DNA from: the human T2T-CHM13v2.0 reference genome, Homo sapiens
Length of the DNA: 64,000 nt
NCBI RefSeq assembly: GCF_009914755.1
Contig: NC_060929.1
Strand: one strand, 5' to 3'
Positions within the stretch are counted from its first letter, which is position 1; every line of letters begins with the position of its first letter. This document shows positions 15,163-35,831 of the stretch, one piece after another. The notes under the pieces were generated by a model that saw nothing but the letters and a program-made list of their open reading frames with translations, was not told the DNA's origin and searched no databases. Both the position numbers and the translations under genes were made by a program.

Positions 15163-15930
15163 TTCTATATCATAACAGAGGTAGTTTTAAAAAAATCATT
15201 ATTGGCTGAGCGCGGTGGCTCACGCCTGTAATCCCAACACTTTGGGATGCCGAGGCAGACGGATCACCTTAAGTCAGGAGTTCAAGACCAGCCTGGCCAA
15301 CCATGGCCAACATGGTGAAACCCCGTCTCTACTAAAAATACAAAAATTAGCTGGGCGTGGTGGCGGGCGCCTGTAATCCCAGCTACTCAGGAGGCTGAGG
15401 CAAGAGAATTGATTGAACCCGGGAGGCAGAGGTTGCAGTGAGCAGAAGATTGTGCCATTGCACTCCAGCCTGGGCAATAGAGCAAGACTCTTGACTCAAA
15501 AAAAAAAAATTAATTACCATTTTTTTCTTTCTTAAATGTTTTGAAAAATGAAAAGATGTCTATTTCTTTTTTATTGTTTTTTCCTCCTCACCCTTGCTGT
15601 CATCTTAAATTACCATTTGCTCATAGTTTTTCTACTTATGTATGATTTTTGGATTTATAGAACAACTGAAAAACTATATGAATTAGTAATCCAAGGATTA
15701 GTATCTTTGTTATTTTTCTGTATCTCCTGATAAAAATCTGTGTTTGTAAATACAGTGGTTTGGGGTTTAATCATTTTGGTCTATTCTTTGTATAGCATCC
15801 TCAGTTCAGTCTGGCCTATTAAAAATAATCTTAAACGGCCGGGTGCGGTGGCTCACGCCTGTAATCCCAGCACTTTGGGAGGCCGAGGCGGGTGGATCAC
15901 GAGGTCAGGAGATCAAGACCATCCTGGCTA

Positions 15931-16134
<204 letters not shown>

Positions 16135-16400
16135 TTAAACACCAATTTTTTAACTTTTCCTGACAGATGCTGTTTTCCCAGTGTATTCCATTTTGTGTCT
16201 TCCTCTGAGGCCTTAAAGTTCTTTATACCCATTTTAAATAAAATGAGGCCAAATTAGAAGTTTGTAATTAGGAGTTTAATTATTTATATTTATTTTGTTG
16301 TATCAGCTTCCGAAAAAGAATGAGTTGGTTCGTCATGTGGTAATGAGTAAAACCTTAATCAATAAATATGTGACTTTATATTCTCTTTATCTGTTTTCAG

Positions 16401-16456
16401 GCTGAGAGCACAGACAAAACAACAACTCTTAGAATATAAATCAATGGTTGATGCAA
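16401..16456 (+). CDS. CENPH: CENP-H exon 2 (RLRAQTKQQLLEYKSMVDA)
   Basis: ttttcag acceptor, GTAAGT donor, 56 nt. Confidence 0.95.
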
Positions 16457-17263
16457 GTAAGTATTTTCATTTTCAAATTAGGGTTTTGTTGTTTGTTTGT
16501 TTGTTTTTTTGAGACAGGGTCTTGCTATCACCCAGGCTGTAATGTAGTGGCGCAGTCTCTGGTTTACTGCAGCCTCAGCCTCCTGGGCTCCAGCAATCCT
16601 CCCACCTCAGCCTCCCAAGTAACTGGGACCACAGGCACATGCTGCTGCGCCCGTCTAATTTTCTGTATTTTTTTTGTAGACACAGGGTTTTGCCACCACA
16701 CCTGGCCTCAAATAAGATTTTGTGAGTTTGATGATTAACAGTACTCGAGTGAAAATAAAATTAACTTTACCAAAAATTGTTTATATATGTTATAGTGTGG
16801 CAAAACTGGTAAACATGCAAGATATTTATGAAGTATGCTAAGTGTGCTGAAGGAAACAAAGGCATGATAAGAGGGAGGGGCTTCTTTTCATAGGGATGGC
16901 TTCTCTAAGAAGATGATTTTAGAGCTCAGATCCAAATGAGAAGAAAGTTTACGTTCCAATAGTCTTTTTGTTCTCTATATAGCTAGTACCATTTTTAAGG
17001 GATTGTGACATCCAAAAACTAGATTTAGTTAACACTGTAGAATTTCTATACCTAGGAGACGACAGATGTAAGGCAGGCCACAGGAAGTTTAGTTGTAGCC
17101 TTTGAAAGAAGATGTTTATCTAAAATTGACTATCTGCTCTTTTAGAGGCCAAGACAAGAAGATCACTTGAAGCTAAGAGTTTGAGATTAGCCTGGGAAAC
17201 AAAGTGAGACCTCGTCCCTACAAAAATAAAAAAAACGTAGCCAGATATGGTGATACATACCTA

Positions 17264-17700
<437 letters not shown>

Positions 17701-17719
17701 TCAAAAACAAAAACAAACA

Positions 17720-17822
17720 AAATATATATATATATACACACACACATATACGTATATGTATATATATGTATATATATGTGTGTGTATTTGTATATATGTA
17801 TATATGTATATGTATATATATG
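17720..17822. repeat. (TA)n/(TG)n/(CA)n compound microsatellite at an Alu tail
   Basis: Read directly from the sequence. Confidence 0.9.
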
Positions 17823-18554
17823 TGACTGAGACTTTATTGGTTAAAGGATTGTTTTTTACAATAAAGGCATCTATTTTAAGGGTACAATTTGATGAGTTTT
17901 GACAAATTTCTAAATCTGTATAATCACTACCACAATCAAGATACAGAACATTTTCGGCTGAGCATGGTGGATCAATCTGTAATCCCAGCACTTTGAGGGC
18001 CAAGGCGAGAGGATTGCTTGAGCCCAGGGCAACCAGCCTGGGAAACATAGCGAGACCCCCACCTCTAAAAAAAACAATTGGCCAGATGTGGTACCATGTG
18101 CCTGTAGTCCCACCCAGCTGAGGTGGGAGGATTACTTAAGCCTGGGATATCAAGGCTGCAGTGAGCCGAGATCACACCACTACACTACAGCCTGGGTGAC
18201 AGTGACAGGAGACCCTGTCTCCCCCAAAAAAAGATACAGAACATTTTCTTTTTTTGTTTTTTCTGTTTTTTTTTTTTTTTTTGAGACGGGGTCTTGTTCT
18301 GTCGCCCAGGCTAGAGTGCAGCGGCGCAATCTTAGCTCACTGCAACCTCCGCCTCCCGGATTCACTGCCTCAGCCTCTCAAGTAGCCAGGATTACAGGCA
18401 CCTGCCACCATGGCCGGCTAATTTTTGTATTTTTAGTAGAGACGGGTTTCACCATGTTGGCCAGGCTGGTCTCTTAACTCCTGACCTCAGGTGATCCACC
18501 TGCCTCGGCCTCCCAAAGTACTGGGATTACAGGCATGAGCCATCACACCCCTGG

Positions 18555-19210
<656 letters not shown>

Positions 19211-19249
19211 CTAAAATGTTAGTAACTTCAAAAAATTATTTATTTGCAG

Positions 19250-19298
19250 GTGAAGAAAAAACTCCAGAACAAATTATGCAAGAAAAGCAAATCGAAGC
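19250..19298 (+). CDS. CENPH: CENP-H exon 3 (SEEKTPEQIMQEKQIE)
   Basis: ttgcag acceptor, GTATGT donor, 49 nt. Confidence 0.93.
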
Positions 19299-19547
19299 GT
19301 ATGTTATATTTAAAAATTTTGTTTATGGTCTTTACTAAGATTTAATCATATTTTCTATTATTTTGTTGTTAGATGGAGTCTCACTATCATGCAGGCTAGA
19401 GTGCAGTGGTGTGATCATAGTTCATTGAAGCCACAACCTCCTGGGCTCAAGGGATCCACTGGCCTCAGCCTCCTGAGTAGCTGGAACTACAGGCTCATTG
19501 TACCACACCTGACTTTCTTTCTTTTTTTTTTTTTTTTAAATATTTTA

Positions 19548-19884
<337 letters not shown>

Positions 19885-20317
19885 TCAAACTCCTGGCCTC
19901 AAGTAATCCTCCACCTTGGCCTCCTAAAGTTCTGGGATTGTAGGCAAGAGCCACTGAGCCTGGTCATAATCTCATTTTTCTATGCTATAGCATTGTTTTT
20001 ATTTTTCCTTTCCTTTATTTTTCCAAATAACTTGTGATGCATATATTGGGAAGTTGTTAATTTGGGATGGAGATTTATATGTACACAAGTGATCACATTA
20101 GAACTTTCTGGCTTCCCTTTTTATAAGATACTAAGTGAAGTAGCTGAGGGGCATTAGTTTACCAAATGTGTAAATACACATTGATATATTGAGCCTGTAG
20201 AATACTTGTATTTAGATAGAGGTGTTTTACTTTTTTAAGGGCTTATTTTATACATTTATTTCAATAATGTCTTTTTCTGATATTGCTGAAATTCTTTTGC
20301 TCATGTTTCTTTGATAG

Positions 20318-20392
20318 TAAAATTGAAGACCTGGAAAATGAAATTGAAGAGGTAAAAGTTGCTTTTGAGATAAAAAAGCTTGCATTAGACAG
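20318..20392 (+). CDS. CENPH: CENP-H exon 4 (AKIEDLENEIEEVKVAFEIKKLALD)
   Basis: gatag acceptor, GTAATT donor, 75 nt, coiled-coil composition. Confidence 0.93.
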
Positions 20393-20866
20393 GTAATTAT
20401 TACATTTTAAATATAAGCATTGTGAACTGACTGCAAAATGGGTATGAGGGGAAAGTGGAGGGAATCTTTTAACTGGGCTGAGTGAATTAGTCAAGCACAG
20501 TGATGATTAGATAATGGTCACACAAAATTTTTATTTTATTATTGTTATAATTTTTTAATTTGACAAGGTCTCACTCTTGCCCACGCTGGAGTACAGCGAC
20601 ATGATCACTGCTCACTGTAGCCTCAACCTCCCAAGCTCAAGCAATCCTCCTGCCTCAGCCTCTGGAGCAGCTGGGAACTACAGGCATGCAAAACCACGCT
20701 TGGCTAATTTTTTTTATTTTTTATGGAGATGGGGTCTCACTGTGCCCAGGCTGGTCTTGAACTCCTAGGCTCAGGCGATCTTCTCACCTCAGCCTCCCCA
20801 AAATGCTGGGATTACACAAGCCCAGCCTGGTCACACAGATTTTGAGCCCTGAGAGAAAATTTGCAT

Positions 20867-20965
20867 TACAGATGCTCCTCAATTTGCAGTGGGTTTAGGT
20901 CCTGATAAACCCATTGTAAGTTGAAAATATGGTAAGTGAAAAATGCATTTAATACACCTAACCTG
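20867..20965 (+). mobile_element. MER47/Tigger5-like fragment
   Basis: tacagatgctcctc...gataaacccattgtaagttgaaaatat...aatgcatttaatacacctaacct. Confidence 0.6.
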
Positions 20966-21654
20966 GCTGGGCGCGGTGGCTCGCGCCTGTAATCCCAGCA
21001 CTTCGGGAGGCCAAGGTGGGTGGATCACCTGAGGTCAGGAGTTCAAGACCAGCCTGACCAACAATGCAAAACCCTGTCTCTACTAAAAATACAAAAATTA
21101 GCCAGGTGTGGTGGTGTGTGCCTGTAATCCCAGCTACTAGGGAGGCTGAGGCAGGAGAATCACTTAAACCCAGGAGGCAGAGGTTGCAGTGAGCCGAGAT
21201 GACGCCACTGTGCACTCCATTGTGGGTGACAGAGCAAGATTCCCTCTCAAAAAACAAAAAAAAAGTTTTAAAGTTTATAGTCATATATGGTTTTGTATTC
21301 CCTAAGTCCTTCATTTCAGGCCCATCCTGATCTTTGTAGTGCCTTAATCCTTCCACTGGCTTTGCACAAAAGTAGATGGTTCAGAGAACTCATTCAGCTC
21401 AGGCCAGGTTTCAGATTCACCTGGCCCCTCATTCTGGCAGTGTATACCCACACGCAACAGCCCTATCCATCTTGGTGTTATTTCATATTTTTGTGTTTTA
21501 TTTCTCAAAGTATTTCTCTTGTAATAATATTTTAAAACCTACTTCTGTTTTATGTATATTTGAAGGGAAATCAATCTTTTTCATGTTTTGAATTTTTTTA
21601 ATGTACCACAAATGTTATCCATGTTTTATAATGCAAGCTTTTTCCCTCTCATAG

Positions 21655-21711
21655 GATGAGACTTTCAACTGCACTTAAAAAAAACCTGGAGAAAATTAGC
21701 AGACAGTCTAG
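21655..21711 (+). CDS. CENPH: CENP-H exon 5 (RMRLSTALKKNLEKISRQS)
   Basis: ctcatag acceptor, GTATGA donor, 57 nt. Confidence 0.93.
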
Positions 21712-22132
21712 GTATGATTTTTTTTTTCTCTGGATTCGGTAAGGATGGGATCTGCATAGTGACTTTAGTTTTGTGAATTTTAAAAAATTATTACTGCCAA
21801 CTACCTTTGTCTGGGGAATAAGGAAAGTGATGAAATTTTTGTAGGTCCTCCCCAGAATTACAGCAACTTTTATAGTTCTAATTATATTTTGTTCCGTATG
21901 GATTGTAACTGTAAGAAGCAGAAGAGTTTATCCAGAAGATTGGAAAATTTTAAGGGAAAGCTTTAAAAGTTCATTTTCTTCAGTATTTACTATAAATCAG
22001 GAACAGGGCTATCTCATTTAATCCATCCAAAACACAGTGAGATAGGAAATATACTCCTCATTTTTTATTGGTAGAAATGAGCTTATTCGGATCCAACAAT
22101 TTTCCAAGGGATATAATATAAAGACTAGCAGG

Positions 22133-22456
22133 TCTCAGCAAACTGTCACAAGGACAAAAAACCAAACACCGCATGTTCTCACTCATAGGTGGGAATTGAA
22201 CAATGAGAAAACATGGACACAGGAAGGGGAACATCACACACTGGGGACTGTTGTGGGGTTGGGGGAGTGGGGAGGGATAGCATTAGGAGATATACCTAAT
22301 GCTAAATGACGAGTTAATGGGTGCAGCACACCAACATGGCACATGTATACATATGTAACAAACCTGCACGTTGTGCACATGTACCTTAAAACTTAAAGTA
22401 TAATAATAATAAAATTTTTTAAAAAATAAAAATTATTATGAGCAAAAAAAAAAAAA
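22133..22456 (+). mobile_element. 5'-truncated L1PA (L1PA3/4-like) 3' end with 15-bp TSD
   Basis: Classic L1 3'UTR (atgttctcactcataggtgggaattgaacaatgag...aaacttaaagtataat); AAAGACTAGCAGGTC at 22120-22134 and 22454-22468. Confidence 0.92.
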
Positions 22457-22509
22457 GACTAGCAGGTCAGGTCCTCTGTATCCTGGTGTCTGGCCTCAGA
22501 GGTCTTACC

Positions 22510-22703
<194 letters not shown>

Positions 22704-23617
22704 TAGTAGAGACGGGCTTTCACTGTGTTAGCCAGGATGGTCTCGATCTCCTGACCTCGTGATCCACCAGCCTCGGCCTCCCAAAGTCCTGGGATTACAG
22801 GTGTGAGCCACCGCACCCGGCCTCTTACCTATGATCTTATCTCCCAAAGTTCTTGTGATAAAATATCCCCTTCCCTTGAGCACCAGAAAAATTCCTGCAT
22901 GGGTATAAGCACTTTTTTTTTTTGGAGACGGAATCTTGCTCTGTCACTCAGACTGGAGTGCAGCTCACTCCAACCTCCATCTCTGCGGTTCAAGCAATTC
23001 TCGTGCCTCAGCCTCCTGAATAGCTGGGATTACAGGCACCTGCTACAACTCCCAGGTAATTTTTGTATTTTTAGTAGAGACGGGGTTTCACTATGTTGGC
23101 CAGGCTGGTCTGACCTAGGCACTTCTATCTTGAGTATCTTAGCCCACACTGCTACACATTTTCCCATATTCCAGCTAAATCCAGGATTACATAAATCCAA
23201 AAATCTGAATTTGAACACTCATAACTTTTTCTCTCCCATAAAAGGAGAGTTTAGCTTGGGTACAGAGGCTCATGCCTGTAATCCCAGCACTTTGGGAGCC
23301 TGAGGCAGGAGGATAGCTTGAGCCCAGGCATTTGAGATCAGCCTGGGCAACATAGGGAGGCCTCATCTCTACAAAAAATTTTTAAAAATTAGCCAGGCAT
23401 GGTGGAGCCACCAGTAGTCCTTGCTACTCCAGAGGCTGAGGGGAGAGGATCAGCCTCCTGCCTTGATTCTAGGAGGTCATGGGGCTGCAGTAAGCTGTGA
23501 TCTTGCCACAGCACCTTAGCCTGGGCAATAGTAAGACCCCATCTCAAAAACAAAAAAAAAAAGACATTCTTGAGTTAAAGGTGTGGGGTGCAGGAGAGCA
23601 GGACAGATTCATCACAT

Positions 23618-24743
<1,126 letters not shown>

Positions 24744-24792
24744 TCAAATAGGCTGAGGCAGTGTTTTATTAGCACATTTTAAAGTTTATAAC

Positions 24793-25136
24793 TGTTAAAA
24801 AAAATTAATTGGGATGCAACTGGAATGCCATTAGGCAGAACCATCTTTAGCCTTGAGCTCCATCACCTTGGGATTCCTATGTAAGCCTGATGTAAACAGT
24901 AAAATGGAACTTAAGCTTACCCAATGAGAAACTGCCAACTAACTTCTAACTAGAGATGATCCACTTTAACCAACCAATTACATTTTGTCTTCTATGAACA
25001 CCTTATAAAAGCTTCCTCACTCAACTCCCACAGTAGAGCACTTAACAGCTTATAATCCTGTGCTGCCAGATGCATGAATTGTCTTCTCAAATAAACTTGT
25101 TAGATTTTAATATGCCTAAATTTATCTTTTAAGACA
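24793..25136 (+). mobile_element. ERV LTR (LTR47/MER72-like)
   Basis: TGTTAAAA start, CCAAT motifs, TATAAAA, AATAAA and CA end. Subfamily uncertain. Confidence 0.5.
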
Positions 25137-25168
25137 ACCAAATATAGCTGTAAATAGTAGAAAAATGA

Positions 25169-25552
<384 letters not shown>

Positions 25553-26104
25553 TAATCTCGAGCTTCTGACTTCAAGGGATCCACTGTACCTGACCTTTTT
25601 TTTTTTTTTAAATAGAGATGTGGTCTTGCTATATTGCCCAGGTCTCAAAACTCCTGAGCTCAAGCAATCCTCCTGCCTCAGCCTCCAAAAGTGCTGGGAT
25701 TACAGGCATGAGCCACTGAACCAGGCCCCGAATCAGCATATCTGAAGGTCAGGAACTAGGAATCCTTACTTAACGAACCTCCCAGATGACTGTGGCACTC
25801 TGAAGTATGAGAGCCACTGCTCTGCGCAGTCTTATTCCATACTGTTTTGCTCCAGCCATACCAAACTACTTGATCTAGGCAATTACTTCATATCCTTATT
25901 CCACCCTGTGCATAACTCTGGTTCATATTTGTTACTGCGCTATAGTATGATTGTGGATTTATTTTTCTCCACTAGATTCTTTCCTCTTTGAAAACAGATA
26001 CTGTGTTTTATTTTATTTTACATTCCTGGCACCTGGCATAGTTCTTGAAAGCATGTAGTAAGTACTCAAAAATATTTGTTAAAGAAGTAAAAAAGCAGTT
26101 TGTT

Positions 26105-26798
26105 CCTTGAAACTATTCTGTATGCTGCAATAATGGTGGATGCATGTAATTATACATATGTCAAAACCCAAAGAATGGGTGGGGCCTCAGTAGCTCATGT
26201 CTATAATCCTACCATTTTGGGAGGCTGAAGAGGGAGGATTGCTTCAACCCTGGAGTTCCAGACCAGTCTGGGCAACATAGGGAGACCCCGTCTCTACAAA
26301 AAATGTAAAAATTAGTGGGACATGGTAGTGTATGCCTATAATCCCAGCTGCTTCTGAGGCTGAGGCAGGATGATCGCTTGAGCCCAGGAGGTGAGGTTGC
26401 AGGAAGCTGTGATTGTGCCAGTGCACTCCAGCCTGGGTGGCAGAGCGAGACCCTGTCACAGAAAACAAACCCGTAGGCTATACACAAGCAAGAGTGAACC
26501 TTGATGTAAAATCCGGACTTTGGGTAACAATGATGTGTCGATATAGGTTTGTTGATTGTAACAAATGTGCCACTTTGGTGTAGGGGATGTTGATAATGGG
26601 AGAGGCTATGCATGTGTCAGGGGTAGGCTGTATATGAGAAATCTCTGTACCTTCCACTCGGTTTTGCTGTGAAACTAAAATTGCTCTAAAAAATACATTC
26701 AAAACAAAAGCAGCTTGTTAAAATTGCTCTAAAAAATACATTCAAAATAAAAACTAAAATTGCTCTAAAAAATAAATTCAAAACAAAAGCAGCTTGTT
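26105..26798 (+). mobile_element. Old L1M (L1MC-like) 3' end split by an Alu, with a triplicated tail
   Basis: gaaactattctgtatg...aatggtggat...gagtgaacct...gttgataatgggagaggctatgcatg...ttttgctgtgaaactaaaattgctctaaaaaata. Confidence 0.7.
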
Positions 26799-27107
26799 AG
26801 GAAGTTATTAGGGTGTTTCCTCTCTAAATATGAAATTTTTAGAAATGTTCCCACATTTTTAAATTTGGTATTCTTCAATGTCTGTGACCAAACATTTTTC
26901 TAGGGAAATGCATATCTAGTTTTAACAGAAATTTAGTTTACATCAAACTTTTCCAGATTTATTTTGTTAAACTGACTTTTTATCCAAGTGTACGGTGGAT
27001 TTAATGAAAGTAAGTTTTCACTCATTGATTCCTTCATTAATGACAGCTATTATTTTTAATTAAGTTACAAATAACCTTAATAAATCATCTTTTTGTTTCC
27101 TTTTCAG

Positions 27108-27171
27108 TGTGCTCATGGATAACATGAAACACCTATTAGAGCTAAATAAATTAATAATGAAATCACAGCAG
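27108..27171 (+). CDS. CENPH: CENP-H exon 6 (SVLMDNMKHLLELNKLIMKSQQ)
   Basis: ttttcag acceptor, GTAAAC donor, 64 nt. Confidence 0.94.
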
Positions 27172-27520
27172 GTAAACTTACACATTAGGCTGATTATGCA
27201 TTCTCATGATTTTACTCTCAACTTCTTGCTGGTAACTGTATTGTATATGATTAAATAGATTGTCCAAAGGGAATGCTATGATTGGAATTCGCTGTCCTTG
27301 AGTTCTCTCTTTTTTTCAAAATTCTATTATTTCTGACTAATGTTGAACATTATCTACTTATAATTTAAGTTACTGTCTTCCTTTTGCTGTCTGGAAATAG
27401 AGGAATTGAAAACTGGAACTTTAGATAACTAAGGCTAGTAGATAAACTCAGTGATTTAAGTATTACAGGTTTGTCCTTACATACAGTAATGTGCTTTAAC
27501 TTTTTTATTTTTAATAACAG

Positions 27521-27572
27521 GAATCTTGGGATTTAGAGGAAAAACTGCTTGATATTAGAAAGAAGAGATTGC
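27521..27572 (+). CDS. CENPH: CENP-H exon 7 (ESWDLEEKLLDIRKKRL)
   Basis: taacag acceptor, GTATGT donor, 52 nt. Confidence 0.94.
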
Positions 27573-27757
27573 GTATGTAGAACACTTTTTTTTTGGCAGA
27601 ACACATTTTGCTTACTTTATAGATTGATAAGGCCAGATCTCTTAGCCACTGAGAAATTTCCTAATTTCCGACTTCCAAAATTCCTTAAAATTTTTGACAT
27701 GGCAACTTAAAAAGTGATATAAAGTACATTTTGTTCTGTTTATTCTCATTGTTTTAG

Positions 27758-32430
<4,673 letters not shown>

Positions 32431-32796
32431 TGTTTATATGTTTCATTTTTGTAATTTAAGAGGGAAAAATATATGTATTTCCTACCTATTTTGGCAACCC
32501 AAAATAAGCCCTCATTACATGATGCCACTTGAAACATCTGTAGACAGCTGTTATTGTCATACAGAAATACCTGGAACATTTCACTAAGGGCATTGCTAAG
32601 TACGAAATTAAAATATTGTTATTTTGCACCAGGGAAGTCATTTTCAGATCGTAATAAAGTTGCAACCTAAAATGCTGCTTATTAAAATTTTTCTCTTGAC
32701 TAAAATAACCAAGAAGTGATCTGCTTCATAATTTTTCAAGATCCTTGTTTATAGAGGTATTATATATGGTATATTATTTTATTTTTAACCTAACAG

Positions 32797-32960
32797 AATT
32801 AAAACAAGCTTCAGAAAGTAAGCTTTTAGAAATACAGACTGAAAAGAACAAACAGAAGATTGATTTGGACAGTATGGAAAACTCAGAGAGGATAAAGATC
32901 ATACGACAAAACCTACAGATGGAGATAAAAATTACTACTGTTATTCAACATGTGTTCCAG
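32797..32960 (+). CDS. CENPH: CENP-H exon 8 (QLKQASESKLLEIQTEK...ITTVIQHVFQ)
   Basis: taacag acceptor, GTAACA donor, 164 nt, ends in phase 0 after codon 217. Confidence 0.95.
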
Positions 32961-33389
32961 GTAACATTTATATAAACTAGCAAGAGTTTTAATCTTGTTG
33001 CCCAGGCTGGAGTGAAGTGGCTCGATCTCAGCTCATTGCAAACTCCGCCTCCTGGTTCAAGCAATTCTCCTGTCTCAGCCTCCTGAGTAGCTGGGATTAC
33101 AGGCGTCCACCACCATGCCCGGCTAATTTTTTAATTTTTAGTAGAGACGGGGTTTCACCATGTTGGCTAGGCTGGTCTCAAACCCCTCACCTTAGGTGAT
33201 CCGTCTGCCTCAGCCTCCCAAAGTGCTGGGATTACAGGCATGAGCCACTGCGCCTGGCCAACTATTTGATGATGCTATCATACAGTATTGACTTAACTTT
33301 CAGCTAGTTTTTGATCTTGATGAAATAATTCAATGTTTAATATTGGTCTGTTTGTATATATCTGGAATGTGTGTATACTTAATGTTTAA

Positions 33390-33578
<189 letters not shown>

Positions 33579-33912
33579 TAGAGATGGGGTTTCGCCATGT
33601 TGGCCAGGCTGGTCTCGAACTCCGATGTCAGGTGATCCACCTGCCTCAGCCTCCCAAAGTGCCGGGATTACAGGCTTGAGCCACCGCACCCAGCACGCTG
33701 CAAGTATTTTTAACAAGTAAAACCTATCCATGGAAACTGATGAGGCATAAAAAATTATTGTAAACATTGTAAATATTCCCTAACATTATGGAGATCAAGG
33801 CTAAAGCCTTACTAAAAGTGGAAATGAAAGTAGAAGAATGCTGCTGGGTGTGGTGGCTTATGCCTGTAATCCCAGCAGTTTGGGAGGCCAAGGCGGGTGG
33901 ATCACGAGGTCA

Positions 33913-34179
<267 letters not shown>

Positions 34180-34307
34180 TTATGATCACAGAGCTACACA
34201 TGTAGTAAATGTTAATTACTTGATAAGATTCATGAAAAATGATATTCTAAAATCTTGTTAAATTTTTAAAGTACTTGTAACTTTAAAACAATTTTTTTTC
34301 TTTACAG

Positions 34308-34400
34308 AACCTTATTTTGGGGAGTAAAGTCAATTGGGCAGAGGATCCTGCCCTTAAGGAAATTGTTCTGCAGCTTGAGAAGAATGTTGACATGATGTAA
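34308..34400 (+). CDS. CENPH: CENP-H exon 9 (NLILGSKVNWAEDPALKEIVLQLEKNVDMM*)
   Basis: ttacag acceptor, tandem TAATAA stop; the exons sum to 247 codons; conserved CENP-H motif NLILGSKVNWAEDP. Confidence 0.96.
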   Translation, partial: NLILGSKVNWAEDPALKEIVLQLEKNVDMM

Positions 34401-34938
34401 TAAGAATTCATTTCTGACATATTTTACATTTCTGGCAATCTCAACTCTTATTTGGAATACTTCTGTGCATTTGTCTGTCCACCGTAATTTTAGAAAAGCA
34501 TATCCATAACGTTTACAGTTGTAGTACAGTTGTGGTTAGTTATTTGTAGTGGGATTGAAAGTAATTTTTTTCTTTTTATATTTCTATATTTAGTTTGTTT
34601 TTTTGTTGTTGTTGTTTTTTGAGATGGAGTCTCGCTTTGTTGCCCAGACTGGAGGGCAGTGGCGCGATCTCGGCTCACTGCAACCTCTGCCTCCCAGGTT
34701 CAAGCAGTTCTGCCTCAGCCTCCCAAGTAGCTGTGACTAAAGGTGCACGCCGCCATGCCCAGCTAATTTTTTGTATTTTAGTAGAGACGGGGTTTCACCG
34801 TGTTGCCCAGGCTGCTCTCAGAACTCCTGAGCTCAGGCAGTCCACCGCCTCGGCCTACCGAAGTGCTAGGATTACAGACGTAAGCCACCGAGCCTGGTCT
34901 AGTTTGCATTTTTTTTCTATCAGTTTTATAAGTTAAGA

Positions 34939-34944
34939 AATAAA
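34939..34944 (+). terminator. CENPH: Probable CENPH poly(A) signal; the 3'UTR includes an antisense Alu (~34595-34900)
   Basis: First AATAAA after the stop codon, followed by U-rich sequence. Confidence 0.7.
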
Positions 34945-35552
34945 AGGAATTAATGTTACTCTGTCTTATTTTTTTTTAATTCGTGCCCTTTACAAACAGT
35001 AGTACTCTTAGTAATTATAAAATAGAACTTGTCACTTTTTATAGCATCGCAATCCGTTTTTGAAAAACTCTAATTTGAACACTTTATTAATTTGGAGCTG
35101 TTGAACATTTTTACAGCTAATGAAGTATTTTCAACATTTTTTTTTCCCCTTGAGATAGAGGCTCGCTCTGTTACCCAGGCTGGCATGCACTAGTGCTATT
35201 TCAGCTCACTGCAACCTCCACCTCCTGGGTTCAAGCAATCCTCATGCCTAAGCCCCCTGAGTAGCTGAGATTACAGGTGTGGCCCACCATGCCCAGCTAA
35301 TTTTTTGTATTTTCAGTTGAGACGGTGGTTTCACCATGTTGGTCAGGCAGGTCTCGAGCTCCTGACCTCAAATTATCTGACCACCTCAGCCTCCCAGACT
35401 GCTAAGATTACAGGCATGAGCCACTGCACCCGGCCTCAACATTCTTTTTAGAAGGACTTGAAACTTGAAATGATGCTAGCATTTGTTTTCTTTTCTTTTT
35501 CTTTTTTTTTTTTTTTTTTTGAGACGGAGTCTGGCTCTTTTGCCCAGGTTAG

Positions 35553-35831
<279 letters not shown>

